A stretch of DNA of 64,000 nt. Source: the human T2T-CHM13v2.0 reference genome, Homo sapiens. How positions within the stretch are numbered: position 1 is the first letter of the stretch; every line of letters begins with the position of its first letter. The position numbers and the translations under genes are program-made. Below are positions 46,850 to 59,236 of the stretch, in pieces. The notes beneath the pieces were generated by a model. The model saw only the letters and a list, made by a program, of their open reading frames with translations, made no database searches and had not been told where the DNA came from. The stretch lies in the NCBI RefSeq assembly GCF_009914755.1, contig NC_060947.1; one strand, 5' to 3'.

Positions 46850-47470
46850 CTCTCACCTATAATCTCATGACTCCCAAATCTCTATTTTCAACCCAGATAT
46901 CTCTTACCAAACTTCAGATCCACATTTCTAGCTAGCTACTAGCAGAGCAATTGCAAAAGTTTCTGGGAGAAGTGGGAGGTATAATCCAGTTGGTGCTCTG
47001 CTCACCAGGCCCTGTACCAGCCTGTATCAAACTGGATAAAGAGGTGTTTTTTTCTTCACACAAAGGTACTATCTGTCTGTCCACTAAGTCTTGTGTTCAG
47101 GGCTCTGTCTGGAGAGAGCATCTTGTTAGATAGCCACACAAAAATTCTAAAAAGGCTAACTGTAAGTCTGCCTGCTGGGCATCACTGCCTGAATGTTCCA
47201 CTGGCACCTCAAACACATGTACAAAAAGAGCTCATTATCTTTTCTACCTCTACTGCAAATCCACTCCTGTTCTAGACTTCCAAATATCCCTTAATGGCAT
47301 AATCATTTTCCCAGTCATTCAAGCTCCAAACTCTGGCCTTATCCTCCCACTCCTTCCTGCCGTTTGAATGCAGAGTTTCAATTTCTCTCAGTTCCATCTC
47401 CGTGACATTTCTTGTCTCTGCACCCCTAGGATCTATTGTCTCCAGTTGAATATAACCATGTTCTAACTAA
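46850..47470 (+). mobile_element. L2 fragments, discontinuous
   Basis: atgactcccaaatctctattttcaacccaga...; ggcacctcaaacac...aatggcataatcattttcccagtcattcaagc. Confidence 0.6.
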
Positions 47471-47874
47471 TTCTGAGAGCTGCTTAGGAAATTGCCTCAA
47501 CAAATAGCTATGAAAGTTGTGGGCTACAGATGGATAATAGTCCATGTAAACTGTCAGCTGGCATAAGTATAAAATCTAGGAAAAGACTGGATAAGGAGTA
47601 TCTCCTTTTCATGTCCCTTATCTGAATAGGAGTGAGTAATGCAGAGTGATTTATAGATTTCCTCAGAATATTAAAATATGAATTCATAGCCCATTCCCAT
47701 TTTACAAATCAGCTTAGTAAACCACATTCAACTTTTCTAAACTTTTGTTTTCTCATCTGTAAAACTGAAGGCAATGATTTAGAGGGACCTTTAGTTTCCT
47801 CTTGCTCTTACAGCCCAAATATCTCAACTTTTTGCTCTAAATCACACTTGGTATCAGGGTAAAAAAAAGAGGAG

Positions 47875-48105
47875 AAACTAACACTTATTAAGTATCTCAA
47901 TACTTAACACTTATAAAATGGACCAAACTCTTTATATCCATTTTGTAATTTATTACTCATCACAATTATGGAAGGTAGATAATGTTATGCCTGTTTTTCA
48001 GTTGAAGAAACTGAGGTTTGGCCAATTTAATTATTTTTTATGGTCACAGACTTGATAAAGACTGGGCCTAACCACAGGTCTCTTGCCTTGAAAGCCCACC
48101 TCCCA
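47875..48105 (-). mobile_element. MIR SINE
   Basis: gaaggtagataatgttatgcctgtttttcagttgaagaaactgagg...ggtcacag. Confidence 0.7.
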
Positions 48106-49446
48106 GATACAGATGTAAAATGTACTCCTGTATATTCTTTTCACTTAGTTGCCTTTCTTTGATCTCAGTCCTCAAGACAATTCATTTTTCAAATCAAGTG
48201 CACTGAACCAATCACCTTAGTGTCAGTTATAATCATTTGAACTCTGGAGCTCACTTTTCTCTCCCTCTTACTGTCCAATTCACTTCTAGCCACACATTGC
48301 AGTAATGTTGAAACATGGTGTTCCCTCCAGGGAAAAACATAATTGTTCATAGCTTTGTGGCATAAGCAGGATTAATTATGGAGAAGGATAATTAGAATAG
48401 GTAGTATCATTTATAATATCATTCAAGTCAAATTATTGGCAACATCCTAAGAAAGGACTCACTCTTTTCCTCTTCTGCTCTAATGAAGTCCCCTTTTTCA
48501 GACCCCTGGAAAAACTCTCTGTTGGGAAATTTCACCTTTAGATGAAGTTCAATCACATCCATTGAGGTCATATCTACCAGTTGGAAAGTGAAGGAATCAG
48601 CATAATTTGCCAGGCACTTTAAAGTCTTCTTACGTGGCATAACTGGTTTGAAGGATTGCTTTAAAAATTACTAATGGATTAATCAAAGTGCTTTCTACAA
48701 ACTTGTAAAAACCACAAAGCCTTAACTAGCTAAAGATATAGTCACATATCTGGATATCTGTTTTTCAATTCCATTGATAACAAATGACTTTTGGATTAAC
48801 ATAATGAGGAGCAGGATACTTTAAGATAATACTAGTCTTTAATGCCTTTTCTCAGGTTTGTTTCTATATCAGCAGCATTACCCAGCACCCAGCAGGATCC
48901 CTAAGGAGGGAGATGTAGGACAGGTAAACTTTGTTAAGAAAAAGAGAGGATGTGGACCTTGGGGCAATGGTTCCAGTTGCTATAACTGAATTAGCCTATT
49001 ATTTCATTCTCTTTTCTGTCTTTTCAGTGCCTAGTCTCACTCATCTAGACAGCTAGCAGACAGCCCTGTGGCAATCACTGAAACGGAAATGGGTTGACAA
49101 TTAGGAGGTGGCATGATGATGCTTGGTGGCTGGGAGGGAAAAGGAGTTCTGTTGGGAGGAAGGAGGGTGCATCCAAAGTAAAGGAGGCTCTCTCAAGCCT
49201 TAACCTAGAGAAGTAAGTAATGTGAAATGCTGCTTTTTTACTGTCACAGGCTGTAAAGAAGAGGCATTTGAAGGGCAATCGGCTTTTTTTCAAGGCCATT
49301 CAGTAACACAGAGGTAACTGATGCCTAGGCCAGCTGTGCCTATTAGACGTCATAGTTCCTAAGGAGTAAAGAAGCACAGTCAAGAATCAATGAGGTCCCC
49401 ACTCTAAGATATGGAACTGCTGTGAAAGATTTGGTCCTGGAGACAG

Positions 49447-49468
49447 AAAAAAAAAAAAAAAAAAAAAA
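49447..49468. repeat. Poly(A) tract
   Basis: Direct reading; no SINE or LINE body recognised immediately upstream. Confidence 0.9.
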
Positions 49469-50034
49469 CCCACAATGGAACAACAGTAGTCCACATCAGT
49501 TAGGGTTTGCAGGAAAGAGATAAGAACAGCACAATGGGAACTAAGCTAATACTCTGATGGGATTAAGGAAAACAAGAAGGGCTTTCAGAGACAAATGGAT
49601 AGAGTGGGAGGATCAAGCAATTCATATATAAGACAGAGTGTGAGATTAGCAATGACTGAAAAATGGCTGAAAGCCTGAGCTCAGTTTCGAGATCGATCTT
49701 TTGAAAAGAACAAGATAAGCAAATAAATCATTGACAGTTTGAATATGTTGAAGATCTGGCATGAAGGGGTATAGACCAAATTGCCAAAAGCGAACTGCAT
49801 GCTTTGTTCAAAGACCTACTCATTCTCATAAATAATTTCTTTTGCCTGTGCTTTTTAGATGTTTGCACATAGTGCTACCTTGTTTCATTTATTCATTAAT
49901 CATTTAATAAAAACCTCTTGTGTACCTAGAACTGAGGGGGAAAGCTCTGAGCAATTAAAAAAAAAGAAGGCATACATAATTCCTGCCCTTGAGAGTTTAT
50001 AATATTGTTTTAGAGACAAGACTCTCAATTATTT

Positions 50035-50580
50035 TTAAAATTTGGCTTTATTGAGGTATAATAAACCAGTAAAAATTGTATATATTTAAAGTATACAATA
50101 TGATGTGTTTTCTTATTTAGTTTTTTTAAAAACAATCCATTTTGAATTTTTGTGGGTGCATAGTAGGTGTATATATTTATGGGTTACATGAGATATTTTG
50201 ATACAGGCATACAATACATAACAGTCACATCAAGGTAAATGGGGTATCTATCACCTCAAGCATTTATCCTTTCTTTGTGTTACAAACAATCCAATTATAC
50301 TCTTTTAGTTATGTTAAAATGTAACAATATGATGTTTTCATATGCATATACACTGTGAAATGATTACCACAATCAAGCTAATTAATATATCCATCACCTC
50401 ACATAGTTACCATTTGTGTGTGTGTAGTGAGAACATTTAAGATCTACTCTCTTAGCAAATTTCGAATGTACAATACTGTATTATTAACTATAGTCATCAT
50501 GCCATGCATTAGATCTGCAGAACTTATTTATCCTGCGTGCATAACTGAAACCGTACTCATCAGCCAACATTTCCCCAAAG
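50035..50580 (-). mobile_element. L1MA8-like 3' end, interrupted by a younger L1
   Basis: ctttattgaggtataa...acaatatgatgt [insert] acaatatgatgttttcatatgcatatacactgtgaaatgattaccacaatcaagctaattaa...gagaacatttaagatctactctcttagc. Confidence 0.85.
50107..50323 (-). mobile_element. L1MA1/2-like short 3' fragment nested in the L1MA8-like element
   Basis: tgtgggtgcatagtaggtgtatatatttatggg...ggggtatctatcacctcaagcatttatcct; TSD acaatatgatgt at 50095-50106 and 50324-50335. Confidence 0.85.
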
Positions 50581-50769
50581 ATTTTCAGCTATTGAACAAT
50601 TAAAAATTGTGGTAATAGAGAAATTTTAACATAATTTAAGCATATCATGGGTTAAATAGTTATTTTAGTAGGCTGGCCATAAATGAATGATTATATCTAA
50701 CATTTTTTTCTTTATGGAAACAAACCCTGAGTGATAAATTTGAGGCAAAAGGGTCATTATGAGTTAGGA

Positions 50770-51030
50770 TTTGTCTGCGCAGTGGATCCTAAGCTGAGTC
50801 TGGATGAATGGACATGGAGGAGGGGGAAAGCAACAGGCACAGATGCAGAGGCAGGAATTGCAGAAGGTACACTTGATAGCAGTAAGTAGAAAAGTTTGAT
50901 TGGAATGTGGAGTTCATGTTGGGAGGTAGAATGGGCTGTGAATGTGGAGGCCCTTGAATGTCAGTCTGAACATATTCACTTCAAGTCTATAGGGCTTTTG
51001 AGTAGAAGAATGGCATGATCAATTTTATAT
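50770..51030 (-). mobile_element. L2 fragment
   Basis: aagctgagtctggatgaatgg...ggaggcccttgaatgtcagtct...ttttgagtagaagaatggcatgatc. Confidence 0.6.
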
Positions 51031-51499
51031 CCTTTTTACTTAACAGTATAGAATGTCCATTTCACATACCATGTAGTCTTTGTAAAGACTCAATTTTAAG
51101 TTGAGACAATTAAATAAAATTAAGATATTAAGATTTATACTTTTTTCCTAGAATTTTGTCTTCTAGTGTCCATGTGGCCAATTAGACTCTAATTTTTTTT
51201 TATAATTAAGAGAATTATGGTGACATTCTCCCTGGCCTAAGTGTGCCTATTGTAAATGCTTTATATTTATTAAATCATTTAGTCCCAAAAATATCTCGTG
51301 AGAAAGATGCTATTATTATCCCTACTTTATAGCTATATACCAAGGTGAAATCTCATGATGAAAGAAGCATTCTGTTTAACAAAGTGATTTTCAACTTGTA
51401 TAGACAATCACCATGCGGCCATAACAAATTTCACAATAACTGTCAAAACAAGATGTTCTTTTCCACTACATGAAGAAAGAACTTTCAGGAAGGTGAATT

Positions 51500-52030
<531 letters not shown>

Positions 52031-52077
52031 ATTTGTTGAAAGTGGTGCTGACAGTTCTGAGTGCAAACTGCCTGGAA

Positions 52078-52330
52078 GGTAGCAGAGTGGGGTGGTTAAG
52101 ATAAGAGCATGACTTCTGGAGCTAAGCTGCCTTGACTTGAATACCAGTTGTGCTTTGTGACCTTGAGCAAGTAACTTAACCTTTCTGTGCCTGAATGTTC
52201 TCATTTGCAAAATGAGGATAATAATGATAATTATGTCACAGAATTGTTATGAGGGTTACATAAGTAAATACATGTACAGAATGCTAAAACACTACCTGGC
52301 ACATAGCAAATCTCAACAAGTGTGAGCCAC
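52078..52330 (+). mobile_element. MIR SINE, near full length
   Basis: gtggttaaga...gtgaccttgagcaagtaacttaacctttctgtgcctg...cctggcacatag. Confidence 0.88.
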
Positions 52331-52568
52331 TATTATGTGCCAGGTACTATGTTGAAGGTTTTATATGCTTTAACTCATTTAATCCTCAAACACTCTGTGA
52401 GATAGGTATTAGTACAGTATTATCCCCATTTTATAGAAAGGCAAATTGAGGCTCAGATAAATTAAATTCTAGTTAGTAGTGTGTCTATGATCACACCACT
52501 AGCAAATAACTCCAATCAGGTCTGTCTGACTCTAAAGACCTTAATCCTCTTGACTACTGCTCTATATA
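52331..52568 (-). mobile_element. MIR SINE, tail-to-tail with the preceding MIR
   Basis: tatgtgccaggtact...actcatttaatcctca...tatccccattttatagaaaggcaaattgaggctcaga. Confidence 0.85.
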
Positions 52569-53274
52569 GTAAGGCCTGTTTTTCACAGGAGAGTAGTTCA
52601 AGTGTGGTACACCATAAGAGAATTGGAATGGAGGAGAGCTGGTCTGGAAAGGAAGGTGAATTGGATGTGAGATATATTGAGTTCGAGAAGCTGGAGGGAA
52701 ATTTCAGGGGAGGATGTCTTGCTATTTCCTGTGGAAATCTGTGTTCCCATTAGAAGTAAGCAGTCTGTTCTGAGCCCATGTTATAAACACTTTAGGGGAT
52801 TTGCAGTGCTTAATTTAAAAGCTTGGGCAGTATTTTAAAATAGCAATAACACAAACTTCTACTTTAAAGGGCAAAGTGCTACTGGTGAAAAATGAAGAAC
52901 AAACCTCCTGACTGAGAAAGGTCAGCTCTGCCAAACAAGTACGAAAGCAAGAATCAAACAGGAAGAAAGGTTAGGAACACAAAAGCGCAGAGGTAGGTGG
53001 CATTGTAAAAGACTCATAGTTCACATCCACAGCTGTAAAGTAGAGCTCAGAAGGCAGGGCACCAGCAGGAAGAAAAGATCCTAGGGTCTTAACCACTTGA
53101 CAGTACTTGGTTAGGGTCTCCTTTTCCACATGGTCTTGACTTACAGGTTAATCCTTATTTTTCTGCTTTCTTTTAGAGTGTTGCAATATTAAAGTCTACT
53201 TTTTGAGACTCACTTCTTCAGTTCTAGAAAATTCCCATAATCAAATAAGAATAGTCTTAGTGGGATAATGATCA

Positions 53275-53517
53275 TAACTGAAACTAGCAGAGTACATGTC
53301 ATGAGCTAGACCCTATTCTAAGTGCTTTACATATATTAACTCATTTAGTCCCAGAAATATCTCATGAGACAGATGCTATTATTATCCCCACTTTATAGAC
53401 AATAAAACTGAGCCACAGAGAAATAGGGAATTTACCAAGATCATACACCTAATATGTGGAAAAGCCAAGCAGTTTGGCATCAGCATCTACGGGTTAACTG
53501 CCACGTTATACTGCCTC
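53275..53517 (-). mobile_element. MIR SINE
   Basis: ttctaagtgctttacatatattaactcattt...attatccccactttatagacaataaaactgag. Confidence 0.85.
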
Positions 53518-53834
53518 ATTGAGCCATTTTCTGCAGTAAGCTAACATTTTAATTTGATCTCATTTTTTCTCTTTCTTTCTTGCTTTTTTTTTTTTTTCCA
53601 GTCTGGTAGCTAGCTGAGAGCGGGGTAAAGAAAATCTTGCAGTCACCATATTCACATGCGAGAACTAGCCATGGAACTGAATAAAGTTCTGGGCCTCCCT
53701 CTAGGGGAAGAGATATTGTGGTTAAAATTGAGAGTGTGTCAGTTAGATTAGCTTTGGACTAGCCCTAGAGTTAACTGTTGTCTTTTCCCAGAAATTGTGA
53801 TGGTGGACTCTTTTACCATCATCTTCTCCGATAG

Positions 53835-54030
53835 GTAATTCAATGTAGTGTTTAAGAGCATCAGCAATGAAGGCAAACAAAAAGGTTCAAATGCAAGCCC
53901 TGAAATTTTCTAACTATGTAACCTTATGCGAGTTACTTAAATTTTCTGTGTATCAATAATACTGGTAAAATGAGGAGAAAACGAGTATCAGTCTCACCGG
54001 ATTGTTGGAAGGAAAAATGAAATAAACCAG
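53835..54030 (+). mobile_element. MIR SINE
   Basis: gtagtgtttaagagca...ggttcaaat...taactatgtaaccttatgcgagttacttaa. Confidence 0.75.
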
Positions 54031-54050
54031 TGTTAAAAAGAAAAAAACCT

Positions 54051-54333
54051 GGCCTGACGTGGTGGCTCATGCCTGTAATCCCAGCACTTTGGGAGGCCAA
54101 GGCGGGCAGATTGCTTGAGGCCAGGAGTTTCAGACCAGCCTGGACAACAGAGATACCCTTTCTGTATAAAAAAAAATGAAGATTAGCCAGATGTGGTGGT
54201 ATGAACTTGTGGTCCTAGCTACTCAGGAGGTTAAGGCGAGAGGATTGCTTGAGTCCAGGAGTTCAAGGCTACAGTGTGCTATGATCCCACCACTGCACTC
54301 CAGCCTGTGTGACAGAGCAAGACTCCATCCTCC
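54051..54333 (+). mobile_element. AluJ-like element lacking a poly(A) tail
   Basis: gattgcttgag...caggagttcaaggctacagtg...ctatgat (J diagnostics); ends gactccatcctcc with no A-run. Confidence 0.92.
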
Positions 54334-54707
54334 ACTTTTTTAAGAGTAAGCAAGCTCATATTGCTGTTATTCTCTCTAGGGAGTGTTTGGCAGCCTCAGT
54401 AGTTGGTTTCCAAGCCTGACTAGCCATTCTTTTTTTCTTCCTGTCATTTTTCAGAAGGTCTTTAAGGTCTCCATTCATTTGTCTCCATGGATTTTCTTTC
54501 TCCTCCATTTGGCTTTCAATTTAAAGAAAGAGAGCATTTATTCAGACCACTCAACCTTTTGACAGCTTCCATCCTTCCATCATATTCTTTGCTAAGACGT
54601 GTTAGTAAATTTAATCGTTTTTGCTTGAGGGCAGAGTGAAAGGAAACATGAACAAGAGATTGATGTTGAAAAGCCACCAAGATGGCAGTATCTATTTTCT
54701 TAATGAA

Positions 54708-54956
54708 GCCTTTCCCAAAGTGTGTTATGTGTAATTAGTCTCATGAGATGCTCCCAAGAGTAAAAACAAAACAAAAACAACCCAGTTTACATTGTCAAAA
54801 AGCTTGGGAAATAGAGCATGCTGTATTTTCTTCTTAGAGAGTCATACTCCCCACTAGTCTATTAAAAGCTCTAAATAGTCTGCAATAAGCAAATATGTTT
54901 AACTCTGTCTTATTCAATACTTACACAAATTAATTTGACCTCAGAACCTGTTTTCT
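54708..54956 (+). mobile_element. MER103C-like hAT-Charlie element
   Basis: tttcccaaagtgtgtt...gcttgggaaa...attaaaagctct...gtttaactctgt...atttgacctcagaacc. Confidence 0.65.
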
Positions 54957-55559
54957 ACTCTCAGAGTGGGAAATTACCTGGATGCAATGGTCTTCTCCAA
55001 GTATGCTACCAGGCAGGTAGCATAGCATAGAGGGCACACAGCAGAAGGGCTCAAAGACCAAATTAAGGTGACTGCATCATATGATTTATCAAATTAATTT
55101 TAATATATGGTGAAAAGCAAATGAAAATAGATTGGTATTTTAACATACTGGAGATAGAGGTCTGCTAGTGCAGCTCATCAGTTCATTGAAATCAAACTAT
55201 TAAACTGGTCATTTGTTTTCAGATAATAGTAAAAAAAATTAACATTATTAAGTACTAGGTACTATTGTATGTTTTTTGCATATACTTAACAGAGCCCTAG
55301 TTGTGCATATTTTGTGATATGGAAATGAATAAAATGTTCAGTTTCATAAAACAGACATTTAGTTTTGTCAAAGTCAATGGTTTGAGCACCGAATGTTTCT
55401 TATGATTATCCCTGTAGATTTTGTTAAGAAGGAAATAAAAAATAAGACTTTGGGGCTCAAGGTGCTGGTAAATTAAACACACAGACCTAATTTCATTCCA
55501 AGAGTTTCCCCCATGTCTTGGGTCCAGGGAAAGCTTCTGAGGTAATACAGATGACATCA

Positions 55560-58500
55560 AGGGAGATGTACAAAAACTGGGAGGATTGAGTAGATCTATG
55601 CATACTGAAGTCAGAAACCTCCTGCTTTCTTCCCATACTCAGCTCTCAAAATGTTGGCAACCAGATTTTTATACTGCTGGCTGGAGATTAGAATCACGTT
55701 CTCTGGGAAATCTGAGCACTTTAAAAGGAAAGACCCAAAGATATTGACCTTGGAGAGTTCATCAAACCTGAAATGCCTCTGAACTACAATCAAATGATTT
55801 TTAAAAACAATATAAAGCCCAAAAGGATAGAGAGAACTGGAGGGAATACAAGAGCAATATTTTGGAAGATGGAAAGCAAATAGATCAAGGTTAACTGAAT
55901 TAGCAAACCTAAGAAAGATGAATTTTAGACAGTCAGTGGGGAAAGCGGAGAGCCAACCTGGTTCGCCATGCAGAATCATCAAAAGGCTCACAATTGGAGG
56001 CAACTTGTACCTCTGAAACTGGGGATAAAGGGGAAGCTATGATAAGGAAGATTGATTGAAAGCTGTTTAAAAAGTAAATCCCCAAGTGTGCTCACTTACT
56101 CCATGCTTCCAGGCAGCTGCCCCCTCTACCTCAGCAGAAAACTAGAGATTTATTCTCTAGAGATGGTAAAACAGAGGGTATCTGGACTGTGGAATGCCAT
56201 AAACAGCTGACAGCTTGAATATCATAAGGAACATGGGATTAAATAAAATGAATCCTGAATACTGAAATCCCAGCCTTTTCTTCCTTCTAGATTCTGTTCA
56301 GAAAAAGGATTCAAAAGTTGAAGTAAGGCTAAAAATTTGCAGCACATTTTTTTGATGTTATATAGAGCACTGTTTAACAAGCCCATCCAAGGATGATTTA
56401 AGTGTTCAGGGAAATATACCTCTATTTGATGTTACTTACTATTTTCTCTTAAACTCAGTGAAGATTTATGTTTACTTGAAGATTTTACCCAAGAGAAATA
56501 TAAATAATTTTTGTCCATTAGAAAATATAACTCTAAAGATTGTTGGTTTTAATTGTCTTATCGGACATTCACCAGTTGCATATGTAACCTAACAATCTGA
56601 CTTTAAAATTTCTTCTTAAATGACTATAAATAATGTTCAGCTTCTCAAAATATTATTTGAATCTGTTTGACCCTAGATTTGTATATAGGAATCATGTTTT
56701 TAATTTTTGAACTTTATATGTTGGCAGTTTCTAAAACATTGGCAGTCAGGCCTTTACCTCTAGGTAGGAAATTGAAAGAGTATTCCCTGGGAAATTTGAC
56801 CACCCAAAGAGGAAAAACCTAGAGATACTGACATCTAAATGTTCTAACAAATGGCCCAGGCAGGTCACTTTGTATTTAGGATAACCATATAATTTATCCT
56901 ACAAAATGGGACATTTTTGAGTAAAAGGAGGCTTTATTAGTTATTACTGGTTATTACTGAACAATAAGCATAACCTGGGACTGTCCTGGTATTACCAGGA
57001 CATATGACTATACTACCTATAGTGAAATTCTCAGTCAACAATCCCATTCATGCTGTAAGAACTTCCAATCAGCTTTTTAGCTGGCCTATATATGAGCAGA
57101 GAACCAAGTACCACAAGGATTTGATGAAAGCTTCTAACTTGAAAGACAGATCAAAACAAAGAAACAGTTAAAGGCAATGTGGAGGGAACAGAGGCTATAC
57201 AAGGATAATAAAGTTTCCTCCTCCCAAAAAAAAAGATACTACCATAAATAACATTAGAGAGCTAAAATTTGCGTTGAATTTATGAAATGAGAAAAGGATG
57301 ATTTAAAAAGAAGAAAACAACATTTAGAGAGCAGCTGCAATGAAACCTTTGAAAATTTCAAACATAACAGCAAAAATGAGTGAAAGGATTAGAAGATAAA
57401 GTTATGGAAATCTCACAGAAAGTAGAGCAAAGACAAAAGATGGAAAATAAGAGAGAAAAACAATAAGAAAACTGAAGGACTAATTAAGTAGGCCCACATC
57501 TAGATAATACAAAATTTAAAGAGAGAGAACAGAGAAAATGGAAAGGAAGAAATCATCAGTAAAATAAAACAAGAAAAGTTTCCCATGCTGAAGCATATGA
57601 ATTTCCATATTTAAAGGGCCAAATTAGTGCCCAGCACAATGAATGAAAATGGGCCCACAGAAAGACACATTATTATGAAATTTTATACTATTAGGTACAA
57701 ATAGAAGATCTTACAAGCTTTTGGGATGCGGTAGGGTAAGGTCATATATTAAGCATAGAGGAATGAGAATGATTTAACAGAGAAACAAGAAAACAAAAGA
57801 AAATGGAGCCATGTTTTTTAAATCTGGTGAAAAAATATTTCTAACTTAGCAACCCAAACTATTAATCAAGTATGATCTTGTTTACTCAAAGAGTAGAATA
57901 AATATATTTGTAGACATGAAAGATCTCAAAATAATTTCTTTCCATGCACACTTTCTCTAATAGGTACTGAAGGATATAGTCCACCAAAATGAGGAGGTTA
58001 ACTTAAAAAAAAATGTAATATATGAAACAGGATCTGAAACATAGGAGAGATCTCAGAGGAATCTCCAGGTTGAAGCTAAAGGGAGAAATCAATGTAACAT
58101 GGTGTATTAAAGCAGAGAGGGCAACTTATCCAGATTGTTGAACAGAAGATTCTGAGATAAACTTCTCCATGAATTTGATATTGATTCAATAATTGATGCA
58201 TACTATCTTGAGAGTAGATTTTGACAACTGGAGAAAGTTTGGGGTGGAATTAATGATAAGTATGTACTACATTAAGCAAACAAAAAAACTCCAGTAATTA
58301 TTAATTGCAGGGAAAATAAGAACTTGTGCAACAAAGTTAAAGTAATCAAAGGTTACGATACTGCCAAAATAATGTAAACACTGATCTAAACCAATTATAC
58401 TGAGATTTTGAAGAGATGGAAAATGTGTATGTTTTTGGTGGGTAGGGAAAAAAAAGAATGCCAAATCTTCATCCTCCAACCTGGAAAATCAATAGATACT

Positions 58501-58575
58501 GTCTAAAACTGAAAATCTATGAGTCAGCAATACAAACATGTAAATTTGGAGATACAGATATATGCATAAAAAGAA
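55560..58575 (+). mobile_element. HAL1 (half-L1) element with decayed ORF1-like region, interrupted
   Basis: aaagggcc...agtgcccagcacaatgaatgaaaa...cacattattatgaaattt...agacatgaaagatctcaaaa...tccaccaaaatgagg match recalled HAL1; duplicated 5' unit at 55620-55760 and 56740-56840. Confidence 0.7.
56877..57015. mobile_element. MER81/MER94-like hAT-Blackjack MITE nested in HAL1
   Basis: taggataaccatataatttatc...gggacatttttgag...ctgggactgtcctgg...ccaggacatatg. Confidence 0.7.
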
Positions 58576-58579
58576 TCAG

Positions 58580-59222
<643 letters not shown>

Positions 59223-59236
59223 GAATATATTTAACT

